Counted from the first letter of the stretch, positions 1 through 15,202 are shown. The stretch is 64,000 bases of DNA from Psilocybe cubensis (GCA_017499595.2 CM038998.1:3348001-3412000), one strand, 5' to 3'. Numbers and translations are program-made. Notes: generated by a model not told the origin, from the sequence alone.

Positions 1-695
1 GATGTTCCGCCAGGTAGTTGGCAATGAGGTTGATTCCATCGGGGCAAATCATCGTTCCACCTCCCAGAGGTTTAATATCTGAATAAATTGGAATAACAAG
101 CAAAGCTTGTTCCGGCGAATCGAGAAAATGGACCTGCATGTGATTTCAGAATGGCCAATAGCTTCCAAGACGGTATGCCTACAAAAAAGTCTCCATCAAC
201 ATGCCAATTATCTAAATCCTTTGGCGCAATGGTCTCTGTGGCCTTCTCCCATTGTTCTGTACCTAGATTGACAATGAAGGAGTCACCCCAACTGGAAGCT
301 TCTTCTTCGATTCTCTCTTCACCCCCGAGTAGGTCCTTCATTGCAGCCCATGCCTATAAAAATTATGATTGTTTCAATTAGAATCGTTGTCGTTTGAGGG
401 AATCTTTTCACCTTTGGAGCGAAGCGAGCGACCTTCTCCCGAGAGTTGAATGGGAGGTGGATACGCTCCTGATTCCAAGTCGATTTATCGTTGGGATCCA
501 AATTTAGTCGAAACCACAAGTCTTTTGTCCACTCTGCTGCTTGCTCTTTCGTAAACGCATTCTTGATGATGACATATCCAAATTCCAGGAAAAATTCCAC
601 TTGCTCCGCTGTTATTCTACAGGGTTAAGCCTTTAAATCGCTGTGAGCTTCTTGGTCTACGTACGTGTCAAGTACTCGTAGGACTTGGAATCCAT
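1..695 (-). CDS. Conserved fungal protein, phytanoyl-CoA dioxygenase (PhyH)-like 2OG-Fe(II) fold; 3' part runs off the window
   Basis: Spliced N-terminus MDSKSYEYLTPEQVEFFLEFGYVIIKNAF (typical PhyH start 'LT.EQ..FF...GY.II..AF'); HxD motif in LDNWHVDGDFF; GT-AG introns. Confidence 0.65.
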
Positions 696-1068
696 TTCAA
701 GATCGAGATATTGGAGGACACAATTCGAATCCCTGTAGTTTCACGCACCGGCCTAATGCATGTCGTCGTCCCCTTTATACATGTATTTCGTACCCACCCC
801 ACGGTGAAGGAAGGCGGGAGTTCCGATACCCCATGCCAATTACAGATACAGTTTTGGAAAGTGGTATATTTATCAGACAGGGCAGATGACTTGTCAAGCT
901 GCAAACAAATCTTGAATTTCGACAAATCTGGGTACATGAATGTCAGTTTGTAACTGTGCTAAATGAATACAAGGTTGGCGGGCCGCCCTCCATGGATGAA
1001 CGTATTGGCTCATTTCTTGCTCCATGGGTGTTATAGGTGCATGATAGTCTATTCTCAATATTGCCATT

Positions 1069-2104
1069 CTATCTTTGGAACGATTTCAGGTTCTCAAACA
1101 CGGAGTTTTTCAGCTGGTAACCAACTGTTAATGACTGAAGATGGAATGAGGCATTATAACTCACGGGAGGACTGGGGCCTTCTTTGTCAAAATAGTTTAG
1201 AACAAACTCAGTGGCAACCCAGTCATTTTCAATGGAACCAAGGTCTCGGAAGATTAGTGCTCTTGGTCGGTTAGGGTCTGGTGCAGGAAGATAAATATCC
1301 AGAGGTACATGCTTCGCCAGAGGTGAGTTTGGGAACAGGCCTTTGAGTACCCTCATAGGTGATGACGCGCCCATAGCAGTATCTTCGGTGATGGTACCCT
1401 CCTTTATTCCTCGAGATAGACGTGCTTGTAATGCACGCATGAATGCATCTCTCAGATGGGTGTAAGACGTGCTTCGGGTTGGCACTGTTGTAATTTGACT
1501 ATATTCAGGTTGGATTATCTCAAAGTACCTCAAGGTCACATACCGATTCGGACAACGCAAGCGGTGTTCTGAACAATACATTTGACCTTTTCCTCAGGTT
1601 CAATGTCCAATGGCACCTGGGAGACAGACTAAACTAAAATCCCGTAAAATTCAGCAGCACTTACTTTAAGATGTGGATTATTAAGGTCTGCGTAGAACGC
1701 AATAGAGTAAACTTTGACGCCTAGGAAAGACACGGTCCTGACACCAACTCCTACCAGTGTTAACGGAGGAGTTTTTGTATTGGAAGGGATTCGCATTATC
1801 TTTGGGAAAGCAATTGACGTTGCTGGGTCAACTGTAGGCAGAGAATTCAGAATTTCAAGAAATGGATACAAATTGGTGTGAGATTCCAACCGACTGTATC
1901 TTCTACTGCATCCTTCGAGACCACCACAGGTGGGCTGTCAAGGTGGACTGTATTGGTGTAGGCACCAGCAGCTACAAGTGCACCAGCGATGAATAACGTA
2001 GGAAGATACCTTCTACGTGCCGACTGGGCTGTTGCATGCGTAGAGAGACATCGCACAGATGCAGGGCGAAATGCGCGAGTGAATCTTGCCAATGAAAAGG
2101 ACAT
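1069..2104 (-). CDS. Chalcone-isomerase-fold mitochondrial protein (Aim18/Aim46-like)
   Basis: Arg/Ser-rich presequence MSFSLARFTRAFRPASVRCLS, hydrophobic segment, VDPATSIAFP...LVGVGVRTVSFLGVKVYSIAFY, VPTRSTSYTHLRDAF, YFDKEGPSPP; multi-exon. Confidence 0.85.
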
Positions 2105-2485
2105 TTTGGCAAAGAAACGACAACGGCAGACCGGCCTGGACGTGCCGCACCCGATTGATAGCCACGTGCTGCTGTATGTACACGCGTCTGGCAGTGGCGG
2201 CGTGGACTTAGACAGTTAATTGAATCGGGATACGCATACCAAACGATTGCGCGTCTCTGAATAAACCAGTCTCCATAACTGACTATACTTGGCAACGACG
2301 CGTCACCTACGTAGGTTCTGCTTATAAGAAGTCTAGATGTGAGTGTATCCATAGTATTCCCTTTCATTATAATCTTCGACATCTGATCTCAAATGACTTC
2401 TTTCTCCCAGTTTCTGCCACTCGGATCCGTTAGTATCCATCCTCCTCAGTCCCTCTTTAATACATCTTCAGGTCATCCCGCCATC

Positions 2486-5400
2486 ATGGATGATGAAGAT
2501 ATCATGGTCCCCGATTCGCCTGACGAGGCCGTAAATTCTGTCTACGATAAACAGCGCGCCTCTCTCCAAACATATCTCGACTCGTTACCATACGAATGTG
2601 AGACAGTCGAGGATATGCAAGCTCGTCTAGAAAAAATTGTGGAGAAGATTTATATATGTGCTAAAGCAAAGAATTGGCTAGTACTAAGCACTTGGGATGG
2701 AATGCTTCAATGGTATCTGTCTTCAAGTTTATGATAACATATTCTTTCAGTCACTTATTATGACTGTAGCTGGCTTTTGATGCGCTACCCTATGGACACT
2801 AATACTCGAGCAAATCTTGTGCGCTTATACTACGAATTGTGTCTTGTGCCAGGGGTAGAACCTCGCGTTCTGCGTGGTTGGGCCGATATGCTGTCTCGTT
2901 TGCTTTCCAATAAACCTGGCATGAAACGTAAGCTTGAAGCCACAGATCTACAGCTTCAGTGGCAGCCTCTCTGGCGTGTTTTACAGAGGGAACTATGGCC
3001 GAAGTCAAGTCTTGAGGAAGCATCGTAAGAAACAATTTGATCTCGAAAGCATACCCTCTAACACCTGGTGTAGACGAAACTTGGTCAATATCTTGCTTTA
3101 CGTTGCTGAACAGTGTAAACGGTATTACCCATCTTCTGAGATTCCAGTTATGCTGGAAACATTTTTGCCAATGTTAACTAAAGAAGTCCGCACATTTGTT
3201 GTCTTTCATTGCGAGTCAGCCTCTAACTTGAACCTGAATCAGACTATATTGACAATGGTCCCTGTATTGACATGCTTTTTACCTCCTACTCATTCACATC
3301 TCTACATGCCCTCGATCTTTAAGATTTGGGAGGCATTCAACTCAGCCATAATTGACGATCGAGTATTGGAATTATGTGGCGATTTAGCTGAAGAACATGT
3401 TTCAGGGCTTTGCGGTGATGATAACGACGGTGGTGCTGTGTGGAAAGATGTAGGCATTTGGACGGAGGCTGAATGGAACACGCTTATGGGCAAAGGCCTT
3501 GGCTCAATGAGTATAAATCCCTCGTTGACTGTTATATGCTATCCCTGATTTATATCATTTCTCTGTCCAGACGTTCCGGTTGGTGCGATGAGGGTAATTA
3601 AATGCACATTACTGCCTTCAAAAATCTCACTTAATTCATAGGGTTCCTCAAATACATCTCAACACGCAGATCTTTTGGACAAGAGTGGTTCCAAGATCAA
3701 GAAGTCCATAAGCAAGATCAGTAAGTCGGTTTTACTATAAACTGCTATGTATTTTGATTTTCGATACAGATGCCCTTGCAAGAATACTAATATATTCTAT
3801 GAGAATTGATGGCGACGTTCGTCAAGCAACCCCAACTGTCGAACAGTCTAAGATGAAAGAGGGAAAGCTACCTCAGCAAACTGGATATATCGCTGGGTCA
3901 AAGGCAATGGATTCATTAGATCGCATGCTCACAAGCATCGAATCCTTTTTTCATCCTTCAAATACAGGGGCATGGTCACTTTCCGTAAGTGTTCCCTGCA
4001 TTCCAAATTGTGAATTGTTCAAAGACATTGTTTTATTAGTTGACAACATTGATCCAACGCTTGGGAGCAGAATTTGCCAAACGATGGAAGGAAGAGGAAG
4101 AAGAATCCTGCAAAACACCTAATGTAAATCAATCTATATTCTGGTTAATTATCTGACGCTTTATCTGTTTCAACAGATGCATCGCTTAACACCGGCGATT
4201 CGACGAGCCTTTGTCAATTCCCTCAAGACACCCGCCCTTCTGGCAATGTTCTCCAAGGACCCTGTCTGTATGAGTTATGCACAAGGCTCGCTTCGCACAT
4301 TGGCAACCCTTGAGCCAACAATTGTGATGCCAGAGCTCCTAGAACGTGCATACGGCGGCTTAGAAGTCGTTAACGAAACGCATAGGACGACAGCCATGCT
4401 GAGTATGCTCTCAGGAATTTCACGCCCATTAGTAAATGAACACGTATGGCTTGGGGGTCAAAAACACATAGTCCCATTATTGGAACTCTGCATACCGGGC
4501 ATTGATTTGGTATGCTGGTCTGACCGTTAATTGTGTGTTCAAGATGCTTACTATGTTTCCCAAAGAACGACCCTGTTAAGACCGTTTGTGCGACGATGTT
4601 TATCTTATCAGTTGTGCAACATATCAAAATCGGTGACCTCTCTCAGTCCGGTTTCTCGTTTTCTGACGACGGGCCTACGGATGACATGGACGTAGATGAT
4701 GTCGACCATCTGCCTGAAGGTACCGAGCCAGGAGACACTCCTCAATTGAGTAGAGCCGAAGAGCGATCGCTCGTTCGTGATAGCACGGCCAACTTTGCGG
4801 GTATGGTCCATTTTCACTATGACGATGATGTGTATTAACTCTTTACAGACTGGGTTGTATCACTCTTTCGTCGAGTGTTTGCGCTCTATGAGAATCTGCC
4901 AGAGGAAGGAGGCAGAAAGAATACCACTGGGGGCAAACAAGAAGAGAGTGTACTCAAATCTATCAAGAGCATGATGGACGTCGTTTGCTTGCAGCTTTCT
5001 GACCAGTTATTTGACCTAGTGTTAAATCTCGTTTATGATTATGCGACAACAAATGCCAAATCTAATGCTGTTCGTGCTTTCGGTCAACTCATCGCCTGCC
5101 TTGCCCGTGTTCGCCCAGAAAAAACGATGGCCAAGTTCCTTCCTCATTGCATTTCTCAGATAGAGGAGGAGTTGAAGCACGGTGCATCCAGCATTCGAAC
5201 TACCTCTACTCATGCGGCAGTGCCCTCTGATACCACTTTACACTGGAGTCCGTGCCTTTTTTCTGACCAAGAATTTATTTGACGTTTCATTACGTAGACA
5301 TGGCTATACTCCGTGGATGTCTGGGATATGGCGGGGCTGCTGTGAGGTTCCTCCAGTATACTTGTAGGATACTATACTCACAGATCCTCTGGATTTAGCT

Positions 5401-8400
5401 TCTGGCCCATAGGCAACAGATACTTGATTTACTCTCCCTTTTGGTGGAGAAGACTAAAAGTGAACGCGGATACACCGGTACTGGTCGGCTAATTACACGC
5501 ATACTGAGCACGCTAGGCAGCACCTACCCCCTAAATGCGCGTTTTGTCAATACAAAGGAATGGGAGGATTCTAGTGTGTTGATCCTTCCCAATGCTCTTT
5601 CAAAAACTGATTCTTTGTAGATTTCAACAAGAACCACTCTGTTCACTGGGGAAGACTATACGAGCCGCAAGATGTAGTCATTGAATGGCATGGTGTGTCC
5701 CAAATTTGGATATTTGCCATTGTAATTCTAAGTCCCATTCTCAGTCCCCAATGACGATGAAATTGCATTTGTGCTAGAGATCATTGATCGTATAGGCCAA
5801 CCAGCATTAAAACTGGTAGAGTCATTATTAGAGACCAGTGGCAACTGGGACAACGTCGCTCGCAACGATTTCTGTCGGTAAGTGTGCAATAATACTAAAC
5901 AAAACATATTTGGCTAATATTTTAATTCAGTTATCTTCATGCCTGCCGAGCTATCTGGGGCGGTTTGTCTACCTTCGTGAAAGAGCAACCCAAAGTTGTC
6001 GTGAACTCTTGCATCAAGACAGATATAGAGCTTCCAGAACTACTGGTGGCACACCTGGACGTCAAAGCTGGATTTACCCTGACCGATCCTAGCGATTCAC
6101 GATTCCAAAAGTATGTTTTATCGAGAGAGAAGTTTGGTCGGACGGTTCTCCGTGGTGCTGCCACTTTCAGACAGACAACAAACGGCGAGGATCATATTGA
6201 CGCTGTAATTGGGATCACCAGAGCCATTGATACATACCTTCTGACTTACGGCTTGAGCCGAAGCGAGTTTGATTCAATGCAAAAGAATTATGCTCAGGCT
6301 CGAGAGTAAGTTGTATCCCATATTTTATGGCTCATGTGCTCATGATTGTCTCACAGCTTGAATCGCTCATGGGTAAGACAGAAGGACAACTCGCGTATGG
6401 TGTTCATCAAGCGTGCCCATGTTTATCACAGCGGGCGAGTCTATATGCACGCCCTATATCGACGTCGATCTGAGTTGGATGATCAACTTCTTCAAGAACT
6501 TGTGGAATTATCACTTTCTCAGTACACGCGGATTCGAAGGTCAGCAATGTTCAATTACTAGCCTTGTTATCGCATCTAATTTAAATGTAGGCAAGCTCAA
6601 GCAGTACTTCATAATGTCACTGGAGTGAGCTATCGATAATTCTGAATCTTCAATTTTTGCTTATTCTATTCCTCATTTTACAGTATTATGTTCGTTCCAC
6701 GCGACTGATCCTTCCAACGCTCTTCAAGGCTCTTGAGAAAGGGAATGATCCAGATCGAATGAAAGGCTCTCTCTACATTTTGTGGAATAAAGGCATAGGT
6801 AAGAGTTGTGTTCTCAAAATATCATCAATAACTAACCTGACTTGTTCAGCTGCATATGCATTGGCTGGTATGTCATTTGAACACGAGGCACCACTCACTC
6901 TAATACATAACACACAGATCAAAGCTTCCACAAGCAATATCTTATGTCACTTCTGGAATGTCAACACGAAGAAAAGGTAATCTTTCGTACAATCGGTGTG
7001 TTAAACGATCTAACCCCAGATTTATAGCCGTCCATTCAGAAGCTAGTGACCAGCCTCTCTCAAGACTGCGTAACTCACCTAAACGAAGAGGCCACTCATA
7101 CCGACGCATATGAGTTGGATACCCCCCGTCTAGACGACGCTTTAAGAGAGCTCGAAAGAAACTTTTCTTCATCGTTTATCAACCATGACCTCTTGAACTC
7201 CGCGCTCCAAAAGACACAAGTACGAGCATCGAAGCGCGAAATTTTGTACATCGACACGGTAGATATCTTTGTAATTAGTCATTGCACAAGAAACTAATGT
7301 TGCTTTCTGCGTCAGGTTTCATCCATACTTCAACTAGCATCGAGGCCAACAACTCATGTAAGTCTATATATCTTGTTTCAAACGTTTTTCTTTACCGATT
7401 GTAAACAGTGGCGTTACCTTCAATCTGCGGCTCGTTTCTTGTATGGCCTGTTGCGAAGGGACGCAGTGCCATCACCAGATCTTTCAAAGTTCTTCTTGAG
7501 CCAAACAATCAGTCCGCAGCCAACCATTCGTGCCATTGCTCAAAGGTCCGTCACAATATTCATTGCACTGTGTTTCATTTCAGCACTAAAATTTACGCAG
7601 AGCCATTGTCAAGCTCCTTGTATTCATCAAAATAAGAAGCTTTTCCCATTCAAAGGAAGCACTTTGGCTAGATGAATGGACAAACCCTTTCTCTAGGAAG
7701 GTTCCAATTGGCGACCCTGCTCGATTTTTAGAGAGCCTCCAGTATCCCGCTCAAGATAATGGGTAAGATTATACACAAGGAGTGGACCTCACTGACTAGA
7801 ATCACATTTAGCTTCTATCTTGATAAGATCAATACTGGATTTTTGACGTGGACGCCCACCGTCAAAGGGTACAAAGTTGTTAACGATAAGGATGGTGATT
7901 TGTCATGGGAAGCTAGCTCATTAGCTGCTCTTAATGCAATAAAGGAAGGTGTCAGGAAAGAAGGGTATATTGAGCAACTCTCCATTTTATGGGGCCAAGA
8001 ATCTAGCAAGGAAGGAGGCTCTTTGGATTTCCGCGCAGATAATGTCCTTTTCTTCAAATATCTAGGTAATAAAGATCGCCAAATTATTGTCCACCATTTT
8101 GCTAAATTTCTATCATGCAGCCAAAATCTTCGGCAATGATGGACTGGAAGATATTCTGGCGGTCGTTGACCCTCTTCTGTCTGACGCTGATAAATATAAG
8201 CAACGTGCCGGTGCTGAAATTCTAGCAGGTATCTTACGTGGTTAGTGCTGTCAATGCTTGCCTGTCAACTTTGTCATAACCTTGGTTATCGTTTATACAG
8301 GATCTAAACATTGGACGGCATCAGCATCGAATAAACTATGGACCTGGACGACCAGCAGGCTTAATCGGATTGTTTCACAGATCAAACCGGAGACGCTATC

Positions 8401-10375
8401 ATTTTGGGAAACTATCTTCCAGGTAACTAATAGGCTCAATGCTCCAAACTGAATGCTGATTTTCATAGAATCAACTGATGAAACGCGATCCTCGAAGGAA
8501 CCAACCTTTAGTTGATTGGATTTACGCTCTTCCTCTGGAATTCAACGGAGATTCAGCATTTGAAAGTATGTTTACTTCGTTTAACCTGCTCAATGCACTG
8601 GTTCTCATGTATCTTTTGCTCAAGTGACAAAATCCTTGAGTCTGTTCGGCATTCTTGTTGATAGCCTTGGTATCTATTTCAATCCCAAAGCCGGCACATT
8701 TGTTAAGTTACTCTTCGACAATGCCAACTCCAGTTACGCGGAAGTGCGTATTCGTCATTTTCTTTGGCGACTCATTCCTTACGCTTCGATTTAACTGTAG
8801 ATACGACAACATGTTTGTCAGGGTCTTTTTGTGATTCTCACCAATCAATGGCAACCGTGGTATCCCAGTACAGAAGCGTTCTTGACTGCATGCTGCGAAC
8901 AGAAGGACCCATTGAAAATCCGGTATGTTTACTCTCATTCCTCAATAACTCCGCTGATTTGTGATTATGATAAGTGACGCACCTTTTATGAATTACGTCT
9001 CGGGTATCTTGGAGAAATTCCCGACCTGGAGAGAAGAACGTCTACCCCCACCCCGCGTCAACCAATCAGAGGTGAAGTCAACAGTTTTCTGAGCTTCTTT
9101 TTACGCTAAACGAGCTCATGCTTCCTTCAGTATGACAAAGTTGGTCTTACTTGTAAGATCTCGTCTTCTTTCCTTCTGGCTTCAGCTAACTTTCTTCAGT
9201 GCTCCAATGGATTTGGGTATCCGCGCATAGCCCTACGGCGTGCCTTGCTTTCCCATATGCAGCAGCGATGATGCAAGTATTTTGTTCAGAAGTCCAACTA
9301 CCCAAAATACTAATACGCTTCATAGGCCTGAGATACTTCGCATGTCAGAGCTGAACGACAGTTCCGATCTTCAAGCCTACAGCTCAGCTGTCCTTTACGT
9401 CCTCTCTGCGGTAACTCTACCTGTGGAATACATTGAGACAATTCTTGATAATTTTGTAACTGCCATTAAATCGTCAACGGTTTGTCTGTCCCTTTGTTTG
9501 CGAATTAATGAAGCTAATAGACGGTGTTAGTCCTGGAGAATTCGCTTGAACGCTTTGCCTACTTTGGTTGTATTTTTCTACCGGAATCTTCTATCGATAT
9601 CGCAAGATGGCGTTGCGAAAGTTATGGATGTTCTTCTTGATTGTTTGGCCGATGAGAACGTCGAAGTAAGACAAACGGCCTCTAAAGTGTTCTCAGGAGT
9701 GGTCAGATGCTCGCAGAGACAGAGCATTATTCCTCTCAAGGTGAGTGTGCACTTATTGGATGTTGCAACAACTTCTTACCATATCGTATTCCATTCGCAT
9801 AGAATCGATTTGTATCACTGGCACGCAAAACTGTTCTTCCTCCGCGGCGGGATCCTAGTTATGCAGAATCACTCAAGATTCTTCATTCCGCAATCCTAGG
9901 GATTTGTGCTTTGATTGAAAGTTTGCCGTATTCTGTAGAACCCTGGATGCCATCACTGACCGAAGGTATTTTATTTGGATACTTTTCTATGAAATATCTT
10001 CTGAGTGTTTGTCTTAAAGTTTTGGCGCCTCATGCCACCGATCCTCCACCTATTTCGACAACCATTCGAAAGTGCGCGTCCGAATTCAAAAAGGTTAGTT
10101 CTTTGATCGCTTGACTGAAATTTGGACCCCTGATTTTTATTTTATTTTCATTTTTCTAGACCCATCAAGTGAAGATCAACGCATGTTGTACTGTTGCACT
10201 TCGGTTCTGACCCTACTTTTTGTAACAGGACACTTGGCATAAAGACCAGCTTTTGTTTGATGAGGACCAATTGCAAAGTCTGTCCACGATGCTAGTAGGA
10301 ACATCTTATTGTGAGTCAATACTCGAATGTATTCAAGTATATTAATTTGATCTCTGTTTCCGTTTAGATGCTTGA
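2486..10375 (+). CDS. BLM10: Proteasome activator Blm10/PA200 (PSME4) paralog 1, many exons
   Basis: YLDSLPYECE, AGSKAMDSLDRMLTSIESFFHPSNTGAWS, VNETHRT, PGIDL/NDPVKT, DENVEVRQTAS, LPYSVEPWMP, FKKTHQDTW; spliced C-terminus ...MLVGTSYYA* (HbYX motif). Confidence 0.95.
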
Positions 10376-12387
10376 AATGTAAATGTGTGTAGTCTTCATT
10401 TTCATTGAACTCATACAACTAAACAATGCCAAGAAATAGCATTCAACACTGTCAACGGTCTTACAAAATCATAGCAATGTCATAGATTTAATGAGCCGTA
10501 TTTATGAAGTCCTTTGACAGCCTTGTTATCTATCTATGTTATCCGTGTTTTATCTTCACGTTAGCCGCGCTTACAAGGAAATGAACGCGTACAATCCACT
10601 GTGGCACTCACATGGATGGTATCATCTTGTCTGCCGCGTGTAAAACATGCCTTCGGTCCTTCGGGGCCCGGAACCTTGTCGGACGAGGTGCAGCTAAGTT
10701 TGGATTGACGACTTAATGTGAGAGGGGTGCCCACGAAGGTCCCTCGCATGTAAATTGGTCTCTGCGGACCAACATGTCTGTTGCAGGGTTCTCGATATGC
10801 GGTCTTGATCATTTACGGCCATAAGTGTACATGTCATCAACGTTCTGTAGAATTAGTTTCTTTCCATCGATTTTCGGATTAGGAGTTTAGATTGATTCAG
10901 AATGCACAACCGACGAAGGGCCTTTATCGTTATTACGAAGTGACGGGGGTACCAGGTGGTCACAAGTTGTCGTAGAGAATTTCAGGAGCACCTGAGCGCA
11001 AGACATTGAGATCGTTGATTTGGGTCCTTTGATTACTTGGAAATGAATTGCACTTGTGTGAACAGTGTCATCCCGAACTTGGTGGAATTGAGGTTTGGAA
11101 TCTAGTCATGGCGGCGGCGGGGTTAGGTTCAAACGGACCATAGAGGCTACCGATAGTTGTCTCGGGGTCCAGGCGACGGGCCGTAGAACGTCAAACAACA
11201 GGTAGATCACAATCTTTGAGCGGACAACAGTTTGAGATGCAACATATGTTCTTGGCAAAAAGGTTGCTCTTTCAAGGCATAGAGATAAATCTGAATTGGA
11301 GGGATTTGCAGAGCAGGAAAAGCTTCGGTGGTATAGAAAGCGTACATTGACTGCGCCGCAACTACGCCGTTTTGGCAGTTTCGCGGGCTTTGAATCAAAT
11401 CATAATACCATATTAGGACAGATACCTAGGAAGCGAAGCGGCGCTCCTGCTAGTGGCTGTGGAATGAGTATTTTTGCAACAAGAAATGGGCAGTGTAAAT
11501 GATGATATGATGAGGAGCAGGCACGAAAGGACGAAGCTATGCGCAGAGGAGCTGTGAGGGCACTGAGAGTTGGATGTCGTCGCAGCAGTGTGGCTTGTGG
11601 CCGTCAAACTCGTGTAGAAAAGACATTCACATCGATAGTGGAAGAAGCCCTGGTTGTGTGACGAAACGGAGGGAAATTGAATCGATAAAGATCGAGAAGA
11701 TATATTGTATGGTCTGGAGATCAAATGATGGGTGATGGGAGGCTAAAGTGGGAGAAAAAGAGATGGACGGCGGGGTGGTGGTAGGTGCGGTGGAGATACC
11801 TACGGGTTGCTGAAACTGATTGAGAGGTGGAATGATTGTGCCACACAGCGCGGAGATTGAAAGGCGCTGATCGCCATTCCCGCCCTGCTCCTCGTCGCTC
11901 CCGCCGTCGTCCTCTGCTGTCTTGTCCGTAGTCTGGACGCCAGAATACTGGCTAGGATCGATAGCAGCTTTAAATACAGAAACTCAGACTGACCTGGCCG
12001 GGTTTGTGTAATTATTTGGGGAAAGACTCGGGCACGTTGCATGCGATCAAAAAGGTTTGTCGAATTGGTTGGATTGGCTGCCTCCCCTTTGCCTCACCTT
12101 TCTCCTTCTCCAGACATCACTTTTATACCTTCCTCCTTTCTTTTCCTCTTCCAAGTCGTACCAGCCCTACAGTAACGACCTCCTCACGAATCCGCTTACG
12201 CTTTTTATACCTATCTCGTCGTCCCCACCGCGCTAGGGGCTCTATCTAACAAATATCGTCCTCGCTTATACTCTACTTTTTATCTCCCATTCATCGGAAT
12301 CCAACAGGCCTTAATTTACTGGTCAGTATAGTTCTTCTTCATTCGCTGTTCTTTCCTCAAGTTGCTCGTGTTCTAACCCACAGTTAA

Positions 12388-15202
12388 ATGCACGATACAG
12401 TCACGAATTCATCTACCACTACCTCTCGCTACTCCGACCCCTCGAACGACTTATTTTCTTCAGTGTCTACTTCGTCTCGTCCTTCAGCCCTTAAAGACTC
12501 CTTTGGCTGGATATATCCCCTCCATTCAGACCTGGAGCCCAGTTTCGAGGTATGCCGCCCACCACCGCCACGTGTTGTGCTCCCTGTCTTTGCTGACTCG
12601 TCCTCCTGTTTTCTTCTAGAATTGGAAACCGTCAACCCCAGATACCACTATTCGTCTCAATTCAGGTCCCCAGTCGCTGCAGAAACCAGATTCTTTCATT
12701 ATGCCTTCTCGTACTAATGCAGAAAACACAGACAAAGCAAGCCTTGTAAATGGCAGTCGTCGCTGGAGAGTCAACAGCAGCGGTCAGTTGGTCGATGCGG
12801 GAGCAGAATCTGCCAGCTGGGAGCTCGCCGACCAAATTGGTCGCCTCAAGATCGGTGATGTCACCGCGGATCCAGTTGACTCCCGTGTGTCCCTTCGCAC
12901 CCCTCCCAAGACTAAAATCGCGTCCGGTGCCGTGACACAACTTGCAGAATCTAGTCCTTTGGATTCTTCCTCTAATACTAGTGTTGGCTCCTCACCTCAT
13001 GTCCCCGATCACCAAATTGCCCATTCTAGAGGGTCGTCCGCGGACACTACCATTTCAAGCTCTCGCGATTCTATCGCTGGAAATGCACTGCTTTCTCATC
13101 CCCCTCTAAAGGGCGCTCCAACCCCAGAGGCTAAGGAAAGGCCTCATTCGTTCAGTGGTGGCCTTTCCACTGCTGATCTTCGCCGTTTGCAGCAAGCGGG
13201 AGATGCCGATCATGATCGACAAGTTCAGCAACAGCAGTGGGCGCAAAATCAGTACCGTGAACATAATGCCGAGCTATCATATCCATCACTGGCAAATCAG
13301 GTTCAACGGCCTACATTCCCAACAGACATGTTCCATTATCCTCCTAATCCTCAATTACTTCAGCAGACAGATCGAGACCGTGAAGCGCCTCAATTAGACT
13401 ATAACTCTCAACAGCAACGAAACTTTGGGCCTGTGGCCCCGCACATAACCTCCGGGCTTGTTATGAATCCAATGAACGGGGCAGCCCCTCCACCCCCTCC
13501 ATTCGTACAAGGTCGACCCAATAATCCGATTCCGACAGTAAATTACCGTCAAACTCCCCGAAGCTTCCCTCAGCAGGGTCCAACTCCGGCTGGCCTTGGT
13601 TACGGCGGCGCTCATCATACGTCACACCTTTCTTTGGGAAATACACAGCAACTTTATGAAATGATGCTTCCGGGCCCCCCATCTCACGAGAACCACCACC
13701 CTGCTGTAACTCGTGTCCAACAGCAACATAACGTTTTTCGTGGAACTCACCACCACTCTGCTTCTGACCCCTCTGCTCTTCGTGATGTCAACACCTTACA
13801 GCTCTTGAATAACGCTATGCAGCCTTACAACCCAAACATGTTCCAACCGGGTTTGCCTCCGTCTACTATGCCAATTTACCCTAATCAATTCTATGCTGCA
13901 CCGGAATTAGCAGTGCAGCAGGTTGCAATGGCTCGTCTGCAAGCGCAGTACACCGGGTCCTATAGCGTGGGTACTACAACTCCCAATCTTGAAGAAATTG
14001 GCAGTCCCACTAGTTCAAGTGGTCAGACGGGTCCCAGCGCGAATAATAGGAAATTAGGTTTGTACAAAACCGAATTATGCCGCAGCTGGGAGGAGAAAGG
14101 ATCGTGTCGTTACGGCGCTAAATGCCAGTTTGCTCATGGAGAAGAAGAACTACGACGTGTCTCGAGACACCCAAAGGTAAATCACTCTGTTGCCATTTGA
14201 AAAAGCGTCCTGACCAAAACTTGAACTTTTATTTAGTACAAAACTGAGATCTGCAAGGTGTGTTTTGATCTATGTATTTTTAAAAATAAGCGCCTATGCT
14301 GATTCCTTTTGTAGACATTCTGGGTATCAGGTTCCTGTCCATACGGGAAGCGATGCTGTTTCATTCACACAGAGCTCACGCCTGCCCCAGCTGCAGGAGG
14401 CCCTGTCGAAAATACTCCACCTCAGCCTCAAGCCGATCACCGGAAGCGCTCTGACAGTGATCCCGATACATCTTCATCGGTCTCTCTTCTTGCCCGTATT
14501 TCTCAACGCAATCCGACGGATCCTCCCTCTAATGTGGCGTCTACTCCTGTGGAGGTTAACCCCACTAACACCTTTCAACCCGGCAGGCCAAATTCGTTGA
14601 GAGTAGATACCTCTGCCTTGGAAGGCGCTTCAATTAAGCAAAACAAATCTGCTTACCCCTCATTTGGAGTTGTCAGTCATGGGATCGTGTTACCCAACCC
14701 TGAGCACATATCTGCTAGGTCGCCTGCGCCAGTTACTGCAGGACCTGACTTGGGCAGGCATAACCTGGCCCGAATGGAGATTGTTGGTTTCCCCAATGTA
14801 TGTAATTTCTTTTATTTCTCTCTATCATAATCTTAATGAGAATGCCTTTTTCAGCATCAAAAGAAGAACAGCACTAGTTCTTCGACTTCAGCGTCAAACC
14901 CTCGTCACTCCTTCAGCGGTACGGAAGGCGACTTCAGCGCATCGCCACCCACTTCTGGCCATGCCTTTGGCTCTGACAGCCCCCAACCAGGAGCCACAGT
15001 CCCAACCAGGGTGAATGGGCACGTGCGCGCCGGTAGCGCTGGTAACTGGGGCAGCATCTCCCGCAGCAACCTGTCGACCTCAACTTCAGCCTACCCTCAT
15101 GGTTCCAACGCCGCTGGAGAGATTATGTCGTCGAACTCTCCTTGGTCGACCACCGAACTTTCTATTGGGGCGACTCGCCTGCATGAAAAAAACTGGGCCT
15201 GA
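12388..15202 (+). CDS. Tandem CCCH zinc-finger mRNA-decay protein (TTP/ZFP36, Cth1/2, Zfs1 family)
   Basis: [25 protein letters not shown]-(18 aa)[20 protein letters not shown], second finger assembled via 21-nt exon 14237-14257; ATG 12388 joins the main ORF in frame if intron 12550-12619 is spliced, alternative start 12701. Confidence 0.92.
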
